NCBI GenBank assembly: GCA_965242925.1 | Contig: CBDEUM010000022.1 | Span: 192,001-256,000, forward strand | Origin: Roseibacillus sp. | GTDB lineage: Bacteria; Verrucomicrobiota; Verrucomicrobiia; Verrucomicrobiales; Akkermansiaceae | Length of the DNA: 64,000 bases | Direction: 5' to 3' | In this document: positions 53,180-62,478 of the stretch, piece by piece | How the letters are laid out: each line of letters opens with the position of its first letter | Numbering within the stretch: the first letter of the stretch is position 1 | Notes under the pieces: model-generated | Databases searched by the model: none | The model's input: only the letters and a program-made list of their open reading frames with translations | Told to the model about the DNA's origin: nothing | Translations under genes and position numbers: made by a program

Positions 53180-53466
53180 CACTCGATCTCTGCTGGGTCA
53201 GGGACATGGGGGACAACCTCAGCTGGGTCAGGGACGTTGGGGACGATCTCGGCCGGGTCGGGAACATTAGTACCCTCTGCCGGGGGGGTGGCGCCAGGAT
53301 CGCTTTCCTTCTCGTCTCCAATAACCTTCCCCGTCTCCGGCGACGAGGGACCAGCTCCCCCTCCCCTGCTCGTTGTGGACGACTCCTCACAGCCCGCCGA
53401 AAAAAGGGAAACCGCACACATCACCAGCATGCACCGGAACAGAAAAAAGAATGAATTGGTCATCAT
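53179..53466 (-). CDS. Small lipoprotein with three C-terminal VPDPAE repeats
   Basis: Hydrophobic leader with lipobox-like FSAGC; 30-nt repeat with synonymous variation; TGATG overlap with the cyclase start. Confidence 0.75.
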   Translation of the reverse strand: MMTNSFFFLFRCMLVMCAVSLFSAGCEESSTTSRGGGAGPSSPETGKVIGDEKESDPGATPPAEGTNVPDPAEIVPNVPDPAEVVPHVPDPAEIE

Positions 53467-53778
53467 TAGATAGGTGGCTTGGTGGTTATCCTGATCTGAT
53501 TATTCCCCTCGTCCCAACTGCATGACGAGACAAATCAATCAAGGCTGTCGGATGTCATTACTACAAACGGAAAACCAGAGGTCCGTTTTCATAATAATCG
53601 CAAATCCGACATAATATTGTCATGGCGCAACGGGCAGAAGCGACTTTCCATCTCAGTTCACCACAACACAAAACCCCGGCAGGATCGACGTATGCTGCCA
53701 CCCAGAGTTCCTCGCTGTGATCTCCGCCCGGGATCAGCAGTGGCGCGGGCAGGCGCACCTCGAAAACACCCCGGCCAC

Positions 53779-54138
53779 CTACTCCTCTTCTTCCTGGGGT
53801 GCCGTCGGCAACTCCGCCACCTTGTCGAGCAGGTTGACGATATCCACCCCCCGCACAACCGAGTCATCGCTGAGGAAACGCAGAACGGGCGTGTTCTTCA
53901 ACACCACCCGTTTCATCACCCGGCCCTGAATGGATCCGTGTTCTCCATTGAGCCGTGAAATCACCTTCCCTTCGTGCCCGCCCAGCACTCCTATAAAGAC
54001 CTTCGCCTCCTTCAGGTCCTGCGAAACCTCCACCGCATTCACTGTCACCAGTGATCCGTCCCATTCGAAATCACGCTGCAGGACACCACTGATCTCACGC
54101 TTCAGCAGTTCGTTTACCCTGTCAGTACGTCGCGACAT
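53779..54138 (-). CDS. rbfA: Ribosome-binding factor A
   Basis: RTDRVNELLKREIS, VEVSQDL.EAKV and TPVLRF; follows infB. Confidence 0.95.
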   Translation of the reverse strand: MSRRTDRVNELLKREISGVLQRDFEWDGSLVTVNAVEVSQDLKEAKVFIGVLGGHEGKVISRLNGEHGSIQGRVMKRVVLKNTPVLRFLSDDSVVRGVDIVNLLDKVAELPTAPQEEEE

Positions 54139-54187
54139 GGATCTCCCGAATGATAAATTACCAACGCCCCAAATGGCAGCCAGAGCG

Positions 54188-56287
54188 CTAAAGGGTCTGA
54201 TCGATCTTCTCGAGCTCGTAGCATTCGATTACGTCGTCGACTTCGTACTCGTTGAACTCCCCAAGCCGGATTCCGCATTCGATGCCCTGTTTGACTTCCT
54301 CCACATCATCATTGATCCGCCGCAGGGTGGACATTTTCCCGTCAAATACGGGCGTGCCATCCCTCAACACACGCGCATGCGCCGTCCGGGTCACCTTGCC
54401 GTCCGCGACCAGGCAGCCCGCTGCCCGTCCCCGCTTGACCTTGAAAATCTGCTTCACCTCGGCATGCCCGAGAATGTTCTCTCGCAGCTCCGGTTCCAGC
54501 AGTCCCAACATGGCATCCTTCACCTGATCGATGAGTTCGTAGACAATCGAATAAAGCTTTATCTGCACACCCTCACGCTTGGCACCCTTTACCGCGTTGC
54601 TCTCCACCTTCACGTTGAATCCCAGCACCACCGCGTCCGAACTGCTGGCCAGCAGGATGTCGGACTCGCTGATCGATCCAGCCGCCGCATGGATAAAATT
54701 GACCTCCACCTTGTCGGACTCCACATCGCCAATCGCCCCCTTGATTGCCTCAACCGACCCCTGCACGTCACATTTCAGGATCAACTTGAGCACCACCTTC
54801 TGGCCTCCTTCAACCATAGCCAGCATATCTTCCATGCGGCTTTTCCTGGGACGCTCCAGACGCTCCTGCCGACGCTCAAGCTGCCGCTCGTCGCTCAGCT
54901 TCTTGGCCGCCCTTTCGTGCTCCATGGCCACCAGTTCATCCCCAACGTTGGGCAGTTCGGCAAATCCAAGCACTTCCACCGGGATGGCTGGACCGGCCTC
55001 CTCCACCTGCTCGTTCCGATCGTTGAGGAGCGACTTCACCTTACCCGCATAGGGGCCGCAGATAAACGGGGTGCCTACTTCAAGGGTTCCCGTCTCCACT
55101 ATCACGGTGGCGGTCGGACCCTTCCCGGGCTGCACCTTGGCCTCAATCACGGCGGCACGCGCATTCGCTTCGGGATTCGCCTTCAGCTCCAGCACCTCCG
55201 CCTGCAATGCCATTAACTCGGCCAGTTCGTCCATTCCCTGGCCGGTGATGGCCGAGACTTCCACCGTCTCCGTGTTGCCCCCCAGATCTGTTGACATGAG
55301 GTCCTGCTCCATGAGCTGAGTCTTCACCTTCATGGGGTCGGCACCCGCCACATCGCACTTGTTGATCGCTACAATGATGGTCTTGCCCGCTGCCTTGGCG
55401 TGACTGATCGCCTCCCTGGTCTGCGGCATGATTCCGTCGTCGGCCGCCACCACCAGCACCACGATGTCCGTGACGTCCGCGCCCCGGGCCCGCATCTCCG
55501 TGAAAATCGCGTGCCCCGGTGTATCGATAAAGGTAATCGGGCGCCCTTCATGCTCCACCCGGTAGGCCCCGATGTGCTGTGTGATCCCGCCGGCTTCCCC
55601 GTCCACGACTTTCGACTTGCGGACATAGTCCAGAAGAGAGGTCTTGCCGTGATCAACGTGTCCCATGAAGGTGATGATGGGCGCCCGCAGTTCGAGCTTT
55701 TCGGCAGGCTCATGTTCCTCCGGCTCGGGCTCCTCGATGACTTCCTCCACCTTGTGGACTCCACCACCCTTCTCGCGCTTCTCGCGTTCAAAGACAAAAC
55801 CGTGCTGCTCGCAGACATTTTCCGCCACTTCCGGTTCGATGGCCTGATTAGGCGCCACGAACACCTCCAACTGGATGAGATCCTTCATGATCTCAAACGG
55901 TTTCAGCCCCATCATCTCCGCAAGCACGCTCACGATGATGGGCGGCTTAATGCTGATGGTGTTTCCTTCAACCACTCCGATTTCCTCCTCCGCCTCGCCC
56001 TCTTCCAAAGGTTCCCCGCTCACGACAAAGTCCGGATCCTGGACCTCATCCGTCAGCTTCGAAATGCTCGGGAGCTGTTTCTTGCCGGACTTCTCGGTTT
56101 TTCGGACCGCCGCCGCCTTCTTCTGTTCATCCTCATCGATGATGTCGAGCGCCTCGTCCTTCTTATCCTGAACGGTCTTCTGCTCGGCTGCCTGAGCCCG
56201 CTGCCGTTCACGACGCGACGGCTTGTTCTGTTCGTCGACCAAGTCGAGAACTTCCTTCTTTTTGTCGCTGTCGCCCTTGTCCGGCAT
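54188..56287 (-). CDS. infB: Translation initiation factor IF-2
   Basis: [24 protein letters not shown] and NKCD. Confidence 0.98.
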   Translation of the reverse strand: MPDKGDSDKKKEVLDLVDEQNKPSRRERQRAQAAEQKTVQDKKDEALDIIDEDEQKKAAAVRKTEKSGKKQLPSISKLTDEVQDPDFVVSGEPLEEGEAEEEIGVVEGNTISIKPPIIVSVLAEMMGLKPFEIMKDLIQLEVFVAPNQAIEPEVAENVCEQHGFVFEREKREKGGGVHKVEEVIEEPEPEEHEPAEKLELRAPIITFMGHVDHGKTSLLDYVRKSKVVDGEAGGITQHIGAYRVEHEGRPITFIDTPGHAIFTEMRARGADVTDIVVLVVAADDGIMPQTREAISHAKAAGKTIIVAINKCDVAGADPMKVKTQLMEQDLMSTDLGGNTETVEVSAITGQGMDELAELMALQAEVLELKANPEANARAAVIEAKVQPGKGPTATVIVETGTLEVGTPFICGPYAGKVKSLLNDRNEQVEEAGPAIPVEVLGFAELPNVGDELVAMEHERAAKKLSDERQLERRQERLERPRKSRMEDMLAMVEGGQKVVLKLILKCDVQGSVEAIKGAIGDVESDKVEVNFIHAAAGSISESDILLASSSDAVVLGFNVKVESNAVKGAKREGVQIKLYSIVYELIDQVKDAMLGLLEPELRENILGHAEVKQIFKVKRGRAAGCLVADGKVTRTAHARVLRDGTPVFDGKMSTLRRINDDVEEVKQGIECGIRLGEFNEYEVDDVIECYELEKIDQTL

Positions 56288-56320
56288 GGTGACCCTCTAA
56301 ACCTCTCTAACTTACCGTGA

Positions 56321-58032
56321 TTACGAATCGTCGGCAGCAGATGCAGATTTCTTGTTCTCTTCCTTCTCCGTGGCTGGTTCTTCCTCCGCGGCAGGTTCTT
56401 CCTCCGTGGCTGGTTCTTCCTCCGTGGCAGGTTCTTCCTCCGTGGCAGGTTCTTCCTCCGCGGCAGGTTCTTCCTCCGTGGCAGGTTCTTCCTCCGTGGC
56501 AGGTTCTCCTCCGTGGCAGGTTCTTCCTCCGTGGCAGGTTCTTCCTCCGTGGCAGGTTCTTCCTCCGTGGCAGGCTCTTCCTCCGTGGCAGGCTCTTCCT
56601 CCGTGGCAGGTTCTTCCTCCGTGGCAGGTTCTTCCTCCGTGGCAGGTTCTTCCTCCGTGGCAGGTTCTTCCTCCGTGGCAGGTTCCTCCTCCGTGGCAGG
56701 TTCTTCCTCCGCGGCAGGTTCTTCCTCCGCGGCAGGTTCTTCCTCCGCGGCAGGTTCTTCCTCCCGGGCAGGTTTTCCGCTGAGGGATTGCGCCTGGTCG
56801 AGAATCTTCTGGGCTTCCTCTTCTGTAGACTCCAGCGACTGAGCGATGTAGTCCACCGGCATCTGCAACACCATGTCCGAAGACACACCCCCGGCACGGT
56901 AAAGTTTGTCGGCGATCTGCGGATCTACGCCCAATTCCTCCGCCAGTCCGATGGCGGCATCAGTTACCCGCGCCTCGAACTGCTCGTGCTGACTCTCGTC
57001 CTTGCGCACCTGCACGTCCCAGTTCACCAGCTTGGAAGTGAGCCGCGCATTCTGTCCCCGGCGACCGATTGCCTTGCTCAGGTCTTCCTCATCCACGGTC
57101 ACATTGATCACCTTGTTCTCCTGGTCCAGGGTGATGGACCGGATCAGTGCCGGTTTGAGGGCGTCGGTCACGAAGGGTTCCGGTTCGTCACTCCAGCGGA
57201 TGATGTCCACCTTCTCGTTGTTGAGTTCCCGCACGATGTTCTTCACCCGCGCTCCGCGCAGGCCGACGCAGGCACCGACCGGATCCACCTTTCCATCATT
57301 GCTGAAAACTGCCACCTTGGTCCGGTAGCCGGCCTCCCGCGCGATCCCACGGATCTCCACCGTGTGATCCGAAATCTCGCTCACCTCCGCCTCAAAAAGT
57401 CTTCGCACGAAATTCGGGTGACTGCGGGAGAGCATAATCTCCGGCCCCCGCAACTCGTTGTCCACCGAAACCACATACGCCCGGATACGATCTCCGACGT
57501 TGTAGTCCTCGGTCGAGACTCGTTCCCGCGACGGCATGCGGGCTTCGAATTTTCCGAGGTCGATCATGACATCGTTCTTCTCAAAGCGCCGCACCGCTCC
57601 ACTCACGATGTCGCCGGCGCGATCCTTGAACTCGTCGTAGATCTTCTCCTTCTCGGCCTGGCGCAACCGCTGCATCATGGTCTGCTTGGCAGTCTGCACC
57701 GCAATACGCCCGAAATTCTTTGGCGTCACGTTGAACTCCAGGGGATCATTCAGCTGGACCTCCGGATTCTTCCGACTCGCGAGGGAGATCGGCACCTCGT
57801 TGAACTTGTCCTGATGGTCGTCATCGGCCACCACCCGGAGGGTCGCAAAAATCCGCGTCTCCCCTTGCTTGGTATCCACTTCCGCCCGGAGCTCTTCAAT
57901 ATCCTCCGCCCCCGGAACCATCCGCCGGTAAGCTGACAAGAAGGCATTCTCAAGAGCCTCGACCACCTTCTCGCGCTCGATGCTCTTTTCCTTTTCGTAG
58001 AATTCTATGAGGGCGACGAGGTCGTTCGTCAT
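56321..58032 (-). CDS. nusA: Transcription factor NusA with acidic repeat tail (apparent 1-nt deletion near 56505)
   Basis: FGRIAVQTAKQ, AREAGYRTKVAV, DPVGACVG and AIGRRGQN. Restoring the 17-bp unit gives TAA at 56321-56323 just before infB (570 aa). Confidence 0.95.
56372..56766 (-). repeat. 18-bp tandem repeat encoding (EEEPAT/A)n, 22 units
   Basis: Unit ggcaggttcttcctccgt on the + strand; one unit is 17 bp (56498-56514). Confidence 0.95.
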
Positions 58033-58056
58033 GATCTTCTGATCGTTCTGGTCTGG

Positions 58057-58102
58057 GGACGCAAAAGAGCGGGTCGTGGGAACCCACTCTTCGAAAGCGT
58101 CC
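58057..58102 (-). promoter_or_regulatory. rimP/nusA-leader-like hairpin
   Basis: Minus strand GGACGC-TTTCG-AAGAGTGGGT-TCCCACG-ACCCGCTCTT-TT-GCGTCC. It matches the GAGTGGG..CCCrCTCTTTT pattern of the rimP leader and ends 24 nt upstream of nusA. Confidence 0.7.
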
Positions 58103-58245
58103 AGAGTTGTTCTGTTGCGGTGGCTATAGGGATGCTCCCCCCATGAATCAAGACAAAAGACCGGCCCGACCATTCACTCCACCCGGCCCATGCGGGCCCG
58201 TGAAACCGCTCGGTTCACCCTCCCCGGCATCCTGCCTGCCGGTTC

Positions 58246-58920
58246 TCACTTGATCAGTTTGCGCCAGCGCAGGCCGCGCAGTTCGGCGGTCGTCTGCCAC
58301 GTCGCCAACCCCAACGGCGCACACTTCTCGATATCCCCGAATCGCAGGCCCAACTTACGGCCCTTGATATTCACGTCCACCATCTCCTTCCCATCGATCC
58401 AGGCCTTCAGACTCTCCTTGCGGATCTCCAGCCGGATCTTGTACCACTGTTTATCCTTGAAGGCCTGGTAACTGGCGGTCTCGTTCTCGGAAGCGTCCAT
58501 GCCGTCGATACTGGAGAATCCGACCACCCCTCCACCCCAGCCGCCACAGATAAAGGTCACGCAGGTCTTGGCATCCCGCACCGGAAGCGTCAGGCCACAG
58601 AAAAAGTCCACCCCGGATGTCCGCCGGGCCTCTACCTCGATCTCGTAAGGGGCCTCCGGGAGATCCGCACCGCTGAACACCACCCCGGTCAGTTCCGCCC
58701 CCTCCGCGATCGCAAGGGTTCCGCCCTTCCACGTTGTATCCCCCTCACCGCCAAAATTCAGTGCCTTCCAGAATCCCATTCCTTCCTTCGCCGGTGCCAG
58801 TGAAACCCACTTTGCTTCCTTGTCACCTGCCTCCTTGCCCTCACCGCTCCCGGGCTTGTCCGCCCCTGCCATCATCATTCCGGCCAGCAACACCAGGATT
58901 ATCCAAAAACGCGCCTTCAT
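58246..58920 (-). CDS. Secreted DUF1080 (3-keto-disaccharide hydrolase-like) protein
   Basis: Signal peptide; YEIEVEARR, DFFCGLT, GGWGG and WYKIRL. Confidence 0.75.
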   Translation of the reverse strand: MKARFWIILVLLAGMMMAGADKPGSGEGKEAGDKEAKWVSLAPAKEGMGFWKALNFGGEGDTTWKGGTLAIAEGAELTGVVFSGADLPEAPYEIEVEARRTSGVDFFCGLTLPVRDAKTCVTFICGGWGGGVVGFSSIDGMDASENETASYQAFKDKQWYKIRLEIRKESLKAWIDGKEMVDVNIKGRKLGLRFGDIEKCAPLGLATWQTTAELRGLRWRKLIK

Positions 58921-59047
58921 CGTCTCTCAACTATTCACCCTGCGCGCGAACCCCGCAAGCCAAGAGACCGCCCACCTGCCTTCATTACGCTAACGCTTCC
59001 CCGTGACCAGCCACCGTGCAAACTGCATACTGAACATTGAATCCTGA

Positions 59048-59140
59048 CACAGATCCATCCTCCTGGACGCTGCTTACACCCTGATCCACCCCTCCGAGAC
59101 AGTGGGGCAGTCCTATCCCCACCACCTCGAAGCGGTCCCC
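59048..59140 (+). pseudogene. N-terminal remnant of a HAD-IA hydrolase
   Basis: HRSILLDAAYTLIHPSETVGQSY (compare VFFDAAGTLIHPxEPVGxxY); preceded by TGA, no start codon, remainder absent. Confidence 0.5.
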
Positions 59141-59242
59141 GGGTTGGTGGGCGTCGTGCCCTTGACTCTCAGACGAACCGCCTCACTCTTGCTGGCAGAT
59201 CCTCCCCCCGAGCCAACTCAGGCCCTCAAGGTTATCTCACTA

Positions 59243-60016
59243 ATGAGTTCGATTCGAAAAGGGGTTCCATTTCCAGATGACGGCACACGCGAAACGGCCT
59301 GCCAATGCCCCATCGGCAAGCCGACCATGTTCCAGTCCTGGCAGAATCTGCTCTTCCTGCACTGGGCGGTACCGGTAAAAACCCTGGAAGGTCATCTTCC
59401 CCAGGGCCTACGTCTCGATGATTTTGAGGGCCAGGCTTGGCTCGGTATCGTTCCTTTCTTCATGCGGGATATCCGTCCCCGTCGACTCCCTGCCATACCC
59501 GGAATTTCCAACTTCCTGGAACTTAATGTGCGAACCTACGTCTATGATGAATCCGGAATTCCCGGGGTCTGGTTTTTCTCGCTGGATGCCAACCGCAGGA
59601 TGGCCTGCGCTCTCGGCCGCTCACTTTTTCACCTGCCTTACCGCCAAGCGAAAATGAGCACACAGGCTGGAGAGTGGATCGATTACAGGGCTCTGCGAAA
59701 CGGAGAAACAGAATCAGCCGACTACCGTTATCGCGGCATTGGCCCGGACCGCATCGCAGAGCCAGGCTCCCTGGAGTTCTTCCTGCTTGAGCGTTACGTC
59801 CTCTACTCACATGAGAAAAAGAAAAATCGCCTCTGCCGCGCGAGAGTCCATCACGAGCCCTACCGGTTCCATGATGCTGAAGTCGAGCGATTCTCGACCG
59901 CACCACTTGCCTGGAACCACCTTCCGCTAGTGCCCGCCCCTCCAGATCACGCCTGCACCGTTCCACGAGTCGACGTCAGCATCTTCAGCCTGTGCGAAGT
60001 CGGCACGGTGCCATAA
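59243..60016 (+). CDS. YqjF/DUF2071 family protein
   Basis: MFQSWQNLLFLHW, FLELNVRTYV, GVWFFSLDA and FLLERY. Confidence 0.9.
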   Translation: MSSIRKGVPFPDDGTRETACQCPIGKPTMFQSWQNLLFLHWAVPVKTLEGHLPQGLRLDDFEGQAWLGIVPFFMRDIRPRRLPAIPGISNFLELNVRTYVYDESGIPGVWFFSLDANRRMACALGRSLFHLPYRQAKMSTQAGEWIDYRALRNGETESADYRYRGIGPDRIAEPGSLEFFLLERYVLYSHEKKKNRLCRARVHHEPYRFHDAEVERFSTAPLAWNHLPLVPAPPDHACTVPRVDVSIFSLCEVGTVP

Positions 60017-60109
60017 GAACCGCAAGATCGGAAGGAGTGGCCTTGGATCCGTCCCGGACAAAACGGGGATTAGCGGAAACCGCTGGAATTCACAGCCGGA
60101 AGCTGAAAG

Positions 60110-60182
60110 TACGGAGACTGGGACTCGAACCCAGGACCAATTGGTTAAAAGCCAACTGCTCTACCAACTGAGCTACCTCCGC
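60110..60182 (-). tRNA. tRNA-Lys (anticodon UUU), CCA not encoded
   Basis: GCGGAGG TAGCTCAGTTGGTAGAGC A GTTGG CTTTTAA CCAAT TGGTC CTGGGTTCGAGTCCCAG TCTCCGT A folds into a cloverleaf. Confidence 0.96.
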
Positions 60183-60308
60183 TTTTGGTTGCTCGTTTGG
60201 GGGCGGCGGGAGATAACGATCCCGTGGGCGTCCTGACAAGGGAATTCTTGCTCATGCGGACGAGAATCCGGGGATTGGAGCGGAACCGGAGCGGCTTTGC
60301 CGAGGTCC

Positions 60309-61550
60309 CTACCCCAACAACGCCATCACCAGCCCACTCCGGATCTTGGGCTGAAACCAGGTCGACTTCGGGGGCATTATGCGGTTCTGGCGGCAAACCT
60401 CGATGAACTGGTCAATGGTTACCGGGGCAAGGGTCACTGCGAGGTCGTGCCGGCCAGCGTCGACCTCGGACCTGAGGTAGGCGGCATCCCGGTTGCCCCC
60501 TACGAAGGTGAGTTCCCCGGCCCGGGGATCCTCGATCCCGAGCACGTCGGCAAAGAGATGCCTCTGCAGGATGTCGGAATCGACGGACTGGGCTGCGTTG
60601 GAAGAGTCGAAGGCCGACTCCCGCGGCACCAGCTTGAGCCACGCGCCCTCAAGGTAGAGGCCAATCTCATGGATTTTCTCCGGCTGATACTCGGAGAGTT
60701 CAAGACTCTCGATCTCAAAGGTCTCCTGCAGGGCCTCTTCCAGGCGCGCCCGCGTGATTCCCGGCGCGGTCACGAGGCGGTTATAAGGTGCCAAGCCCAT
60801 TGTGTGAGCCGGGAAGAACACCGTCAGGAACTCTCCGGTTCCCCGCATGGCGGCGGCTGCGCTCCGGTGGTTGCCGTCCGCCACGTAGGCATGCGACTCG
60901 ACCGCCAGGACCTCCCGCAGGCAGGCAATCTCGTCCACAGCGGTAACAAGCCAGATGCGATGCGCGCTGCCATCATCGTGATCGGCGGCCTCAAAGTCAC
61001 AGGGACGGTCGTCCGCGTAGTCCAGCAGGGCGTTAAGCAGCTTATTCTCCACGTCGTCCACCGAGAGGTTGACCGTCCCGATGATGGCCCCGGTGGCCTC
61101 GATGAGATCGGCGCGGCCCCGGGCTTTCTCCTCCCGGATTCCCTCGTTGCGGATGATCACGCCGTCGGGGGTGGCTTCCGTGCGAATGTCATCAGTGGGA
61201 ACCATCCCACCGAGTCCGATCTGGCGCACTCCGGGACGGGCAGGATCGACGATCTCGTACAGGAAGAGGGCATCCTCTACCTCCTCCGTGGACGCGCTCT
61301 CGACCAGTCGGGCCATCTCCCGGGTTCCCATTGCGAGGGCCCCGGGTGAGCCATCCGGCAACATCTCTTCCGCACGCCGGGCATTGCAATGGGGCATGGT
61401 CACGCGCAATACACTCTCCCCCTGCACCTGAAGGAGCTCCCATATCTCACGGTCGCTCTGGAATTCGTCGTAGTTCGGGCTGCAAAGGCGCTGGGCGGCT
61501 CCCGAGTCGACGGGAACCAGGGCTCGGCGGATCGGGTTGACAGTGACCAT
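60309..61550 (-). CDS. DUF1015 family protein
   Basis: SPNYDE, YVADGNHRSAAA and IMPPKSTWFQPKIRSGL. Confidence 0.9.
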   Translation of the reverse strand: MVTVNPIRRALVPVDSGAAQRLCSPNYDEFQSDREIWELLQVQGESVLRVTMPHCNARRAEEMLPDGSPGALAMGTREMARLVESASTEEVEDALFLYEIVDPARPGVRQIGLGGMVPTDDIRTEATPDGVIIRNEGIREEKARGRADLIEATGAIIGTVNLSVDDVENKLLNALLDYADDRPCDFEAADHDDGSAHRIWLVTAVDEIACLREVLAVESHAYVADGNHRSAAAAMRGTGEFLTVFFPAHTMGLAPYNRLVTAPGITRARLEEALQETFEIESLELSEYQPEKIHEIGLYLEGAWLKLVPRESAFDSSNAAQSVDSDILQRHLFADVLGIEDPRAGELTFVGGNRDAAYLRSEVDAGRHDLAVTLAPVTIDQFIEVCRQNRIMPPKSTWFQPKIRSGLVMALLG

Positions 61551-61622
61551 CGGTTCGAAAAGGGCCGCGACCCTGCGGAGCACGCCGGGGAGGGTCAATT
61601 CTTTCTTCGCGACAGTTCGCGC

Positions 61623-62000
61623 TCACAAACGGTCTGCGTCCTCTCCTGCAGGAGGAGCAATGCGGAACTCTTCCACCACCTTCCCGCCCACGAGGTGTTC
61701 ATCCACAATCCGGGCCAGAACCTCCGGGGTGCAGGAGTGATACCAGACGTCCTCGGGATAAATCACCGCAATAGGACCCCGTTCGCAAACCCGCAGGCAA
61801 TTGGCCTTGGACCGAAGGAGCCGGGGATAATGGCCATCCAATTCCCTGAGACGCGCCTTGAGAAACTCCCAGGACTCAAGGCTGAGATCGCGGCGACAGC
61901 ACTTGGGCTTGCTCTGGTCACAGCAGAGGAATATGTGGCGCTTTTCCTCATGCAGACCCAACTCCTCTGCAATTTCTGTTAGATTTTCCTCAGAGCCCAT
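61623..62000 (-). CDS. Thioredoxin-like [2Fe-2S] ferredoxin
   Basis: [20 protein letters not shown] and YPEDVWY. Confidence 0.9.
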   Translation of the reverse strand: MGSEENLTEIAEELGLHEEKRHIFLCCDQSKPKCCRRDLSLESWEFLKARLRELDGHYPRLLRSKANCLRVCERGPIAVIYPEDVWYHSCTPEVLARIVDEHLVGGKVVEEFRIAPPAGEDADRL

Positions 62001-62478
62001 TTTCCAGCCCTTCCGTAGGTGCTTTACTGATCCATCGACGAACAAGCTCAGACCCCACCCTCGACCAAGAGATGACTCCCGGAAAAGAGCATCTATCCGG
62101 GGCCCAACGGTTCATGCGAACCAGAAACCCGGAGCGCTTCAGCCCCCTGCACGCCGCCAGGCCCTGTCCTTGCCCATCATCAACCTCCATCACTATTCCC
62201 CACATGTGGTAGACGGATAAGGGGAGGGCTGTCGATAAATTCCAACGAAGCACTGTTCCTCGTGTCCCAAACGGGACCCATCCTCACCCAAATGGGCCCT
62301 GGTGCCACAGGAAATTTCACGAAATTCCTGACAACAAATCCCTCCTCATCGACGTTTAACAGCTAGAACAGATTTCCAACGTGGACGGCCACCGGGGGGC
62401 TTTATGGGTTTTGCCTCTCGTGGCCGTTCACCTTTTTCTGGAAGAAATCTCTCCAGCCTATATCCCTCTCCCACGCCC

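Noticed and set aside
53179..53270. PEP-CTERM/VPDSG sorting signal or RiPP precursor
   Set aside because: No transmembrane helix or basic tail follows the VPDP motifs, and no modifying enzyme or peptidase-transporter is adjacent.
52046..53466. Pycsar/CBASS anti-phage system
   Set aside because: No TIR, 2TM/4TM or cNMP-binding effector gene is adjacent; the partner is a tiny lipoprotein.
60016..60309. Genomic island integrated at tRNA-Lys
   Set aside because: No integrase nearby, and I found no duplicated tRNA 3' end in the window.
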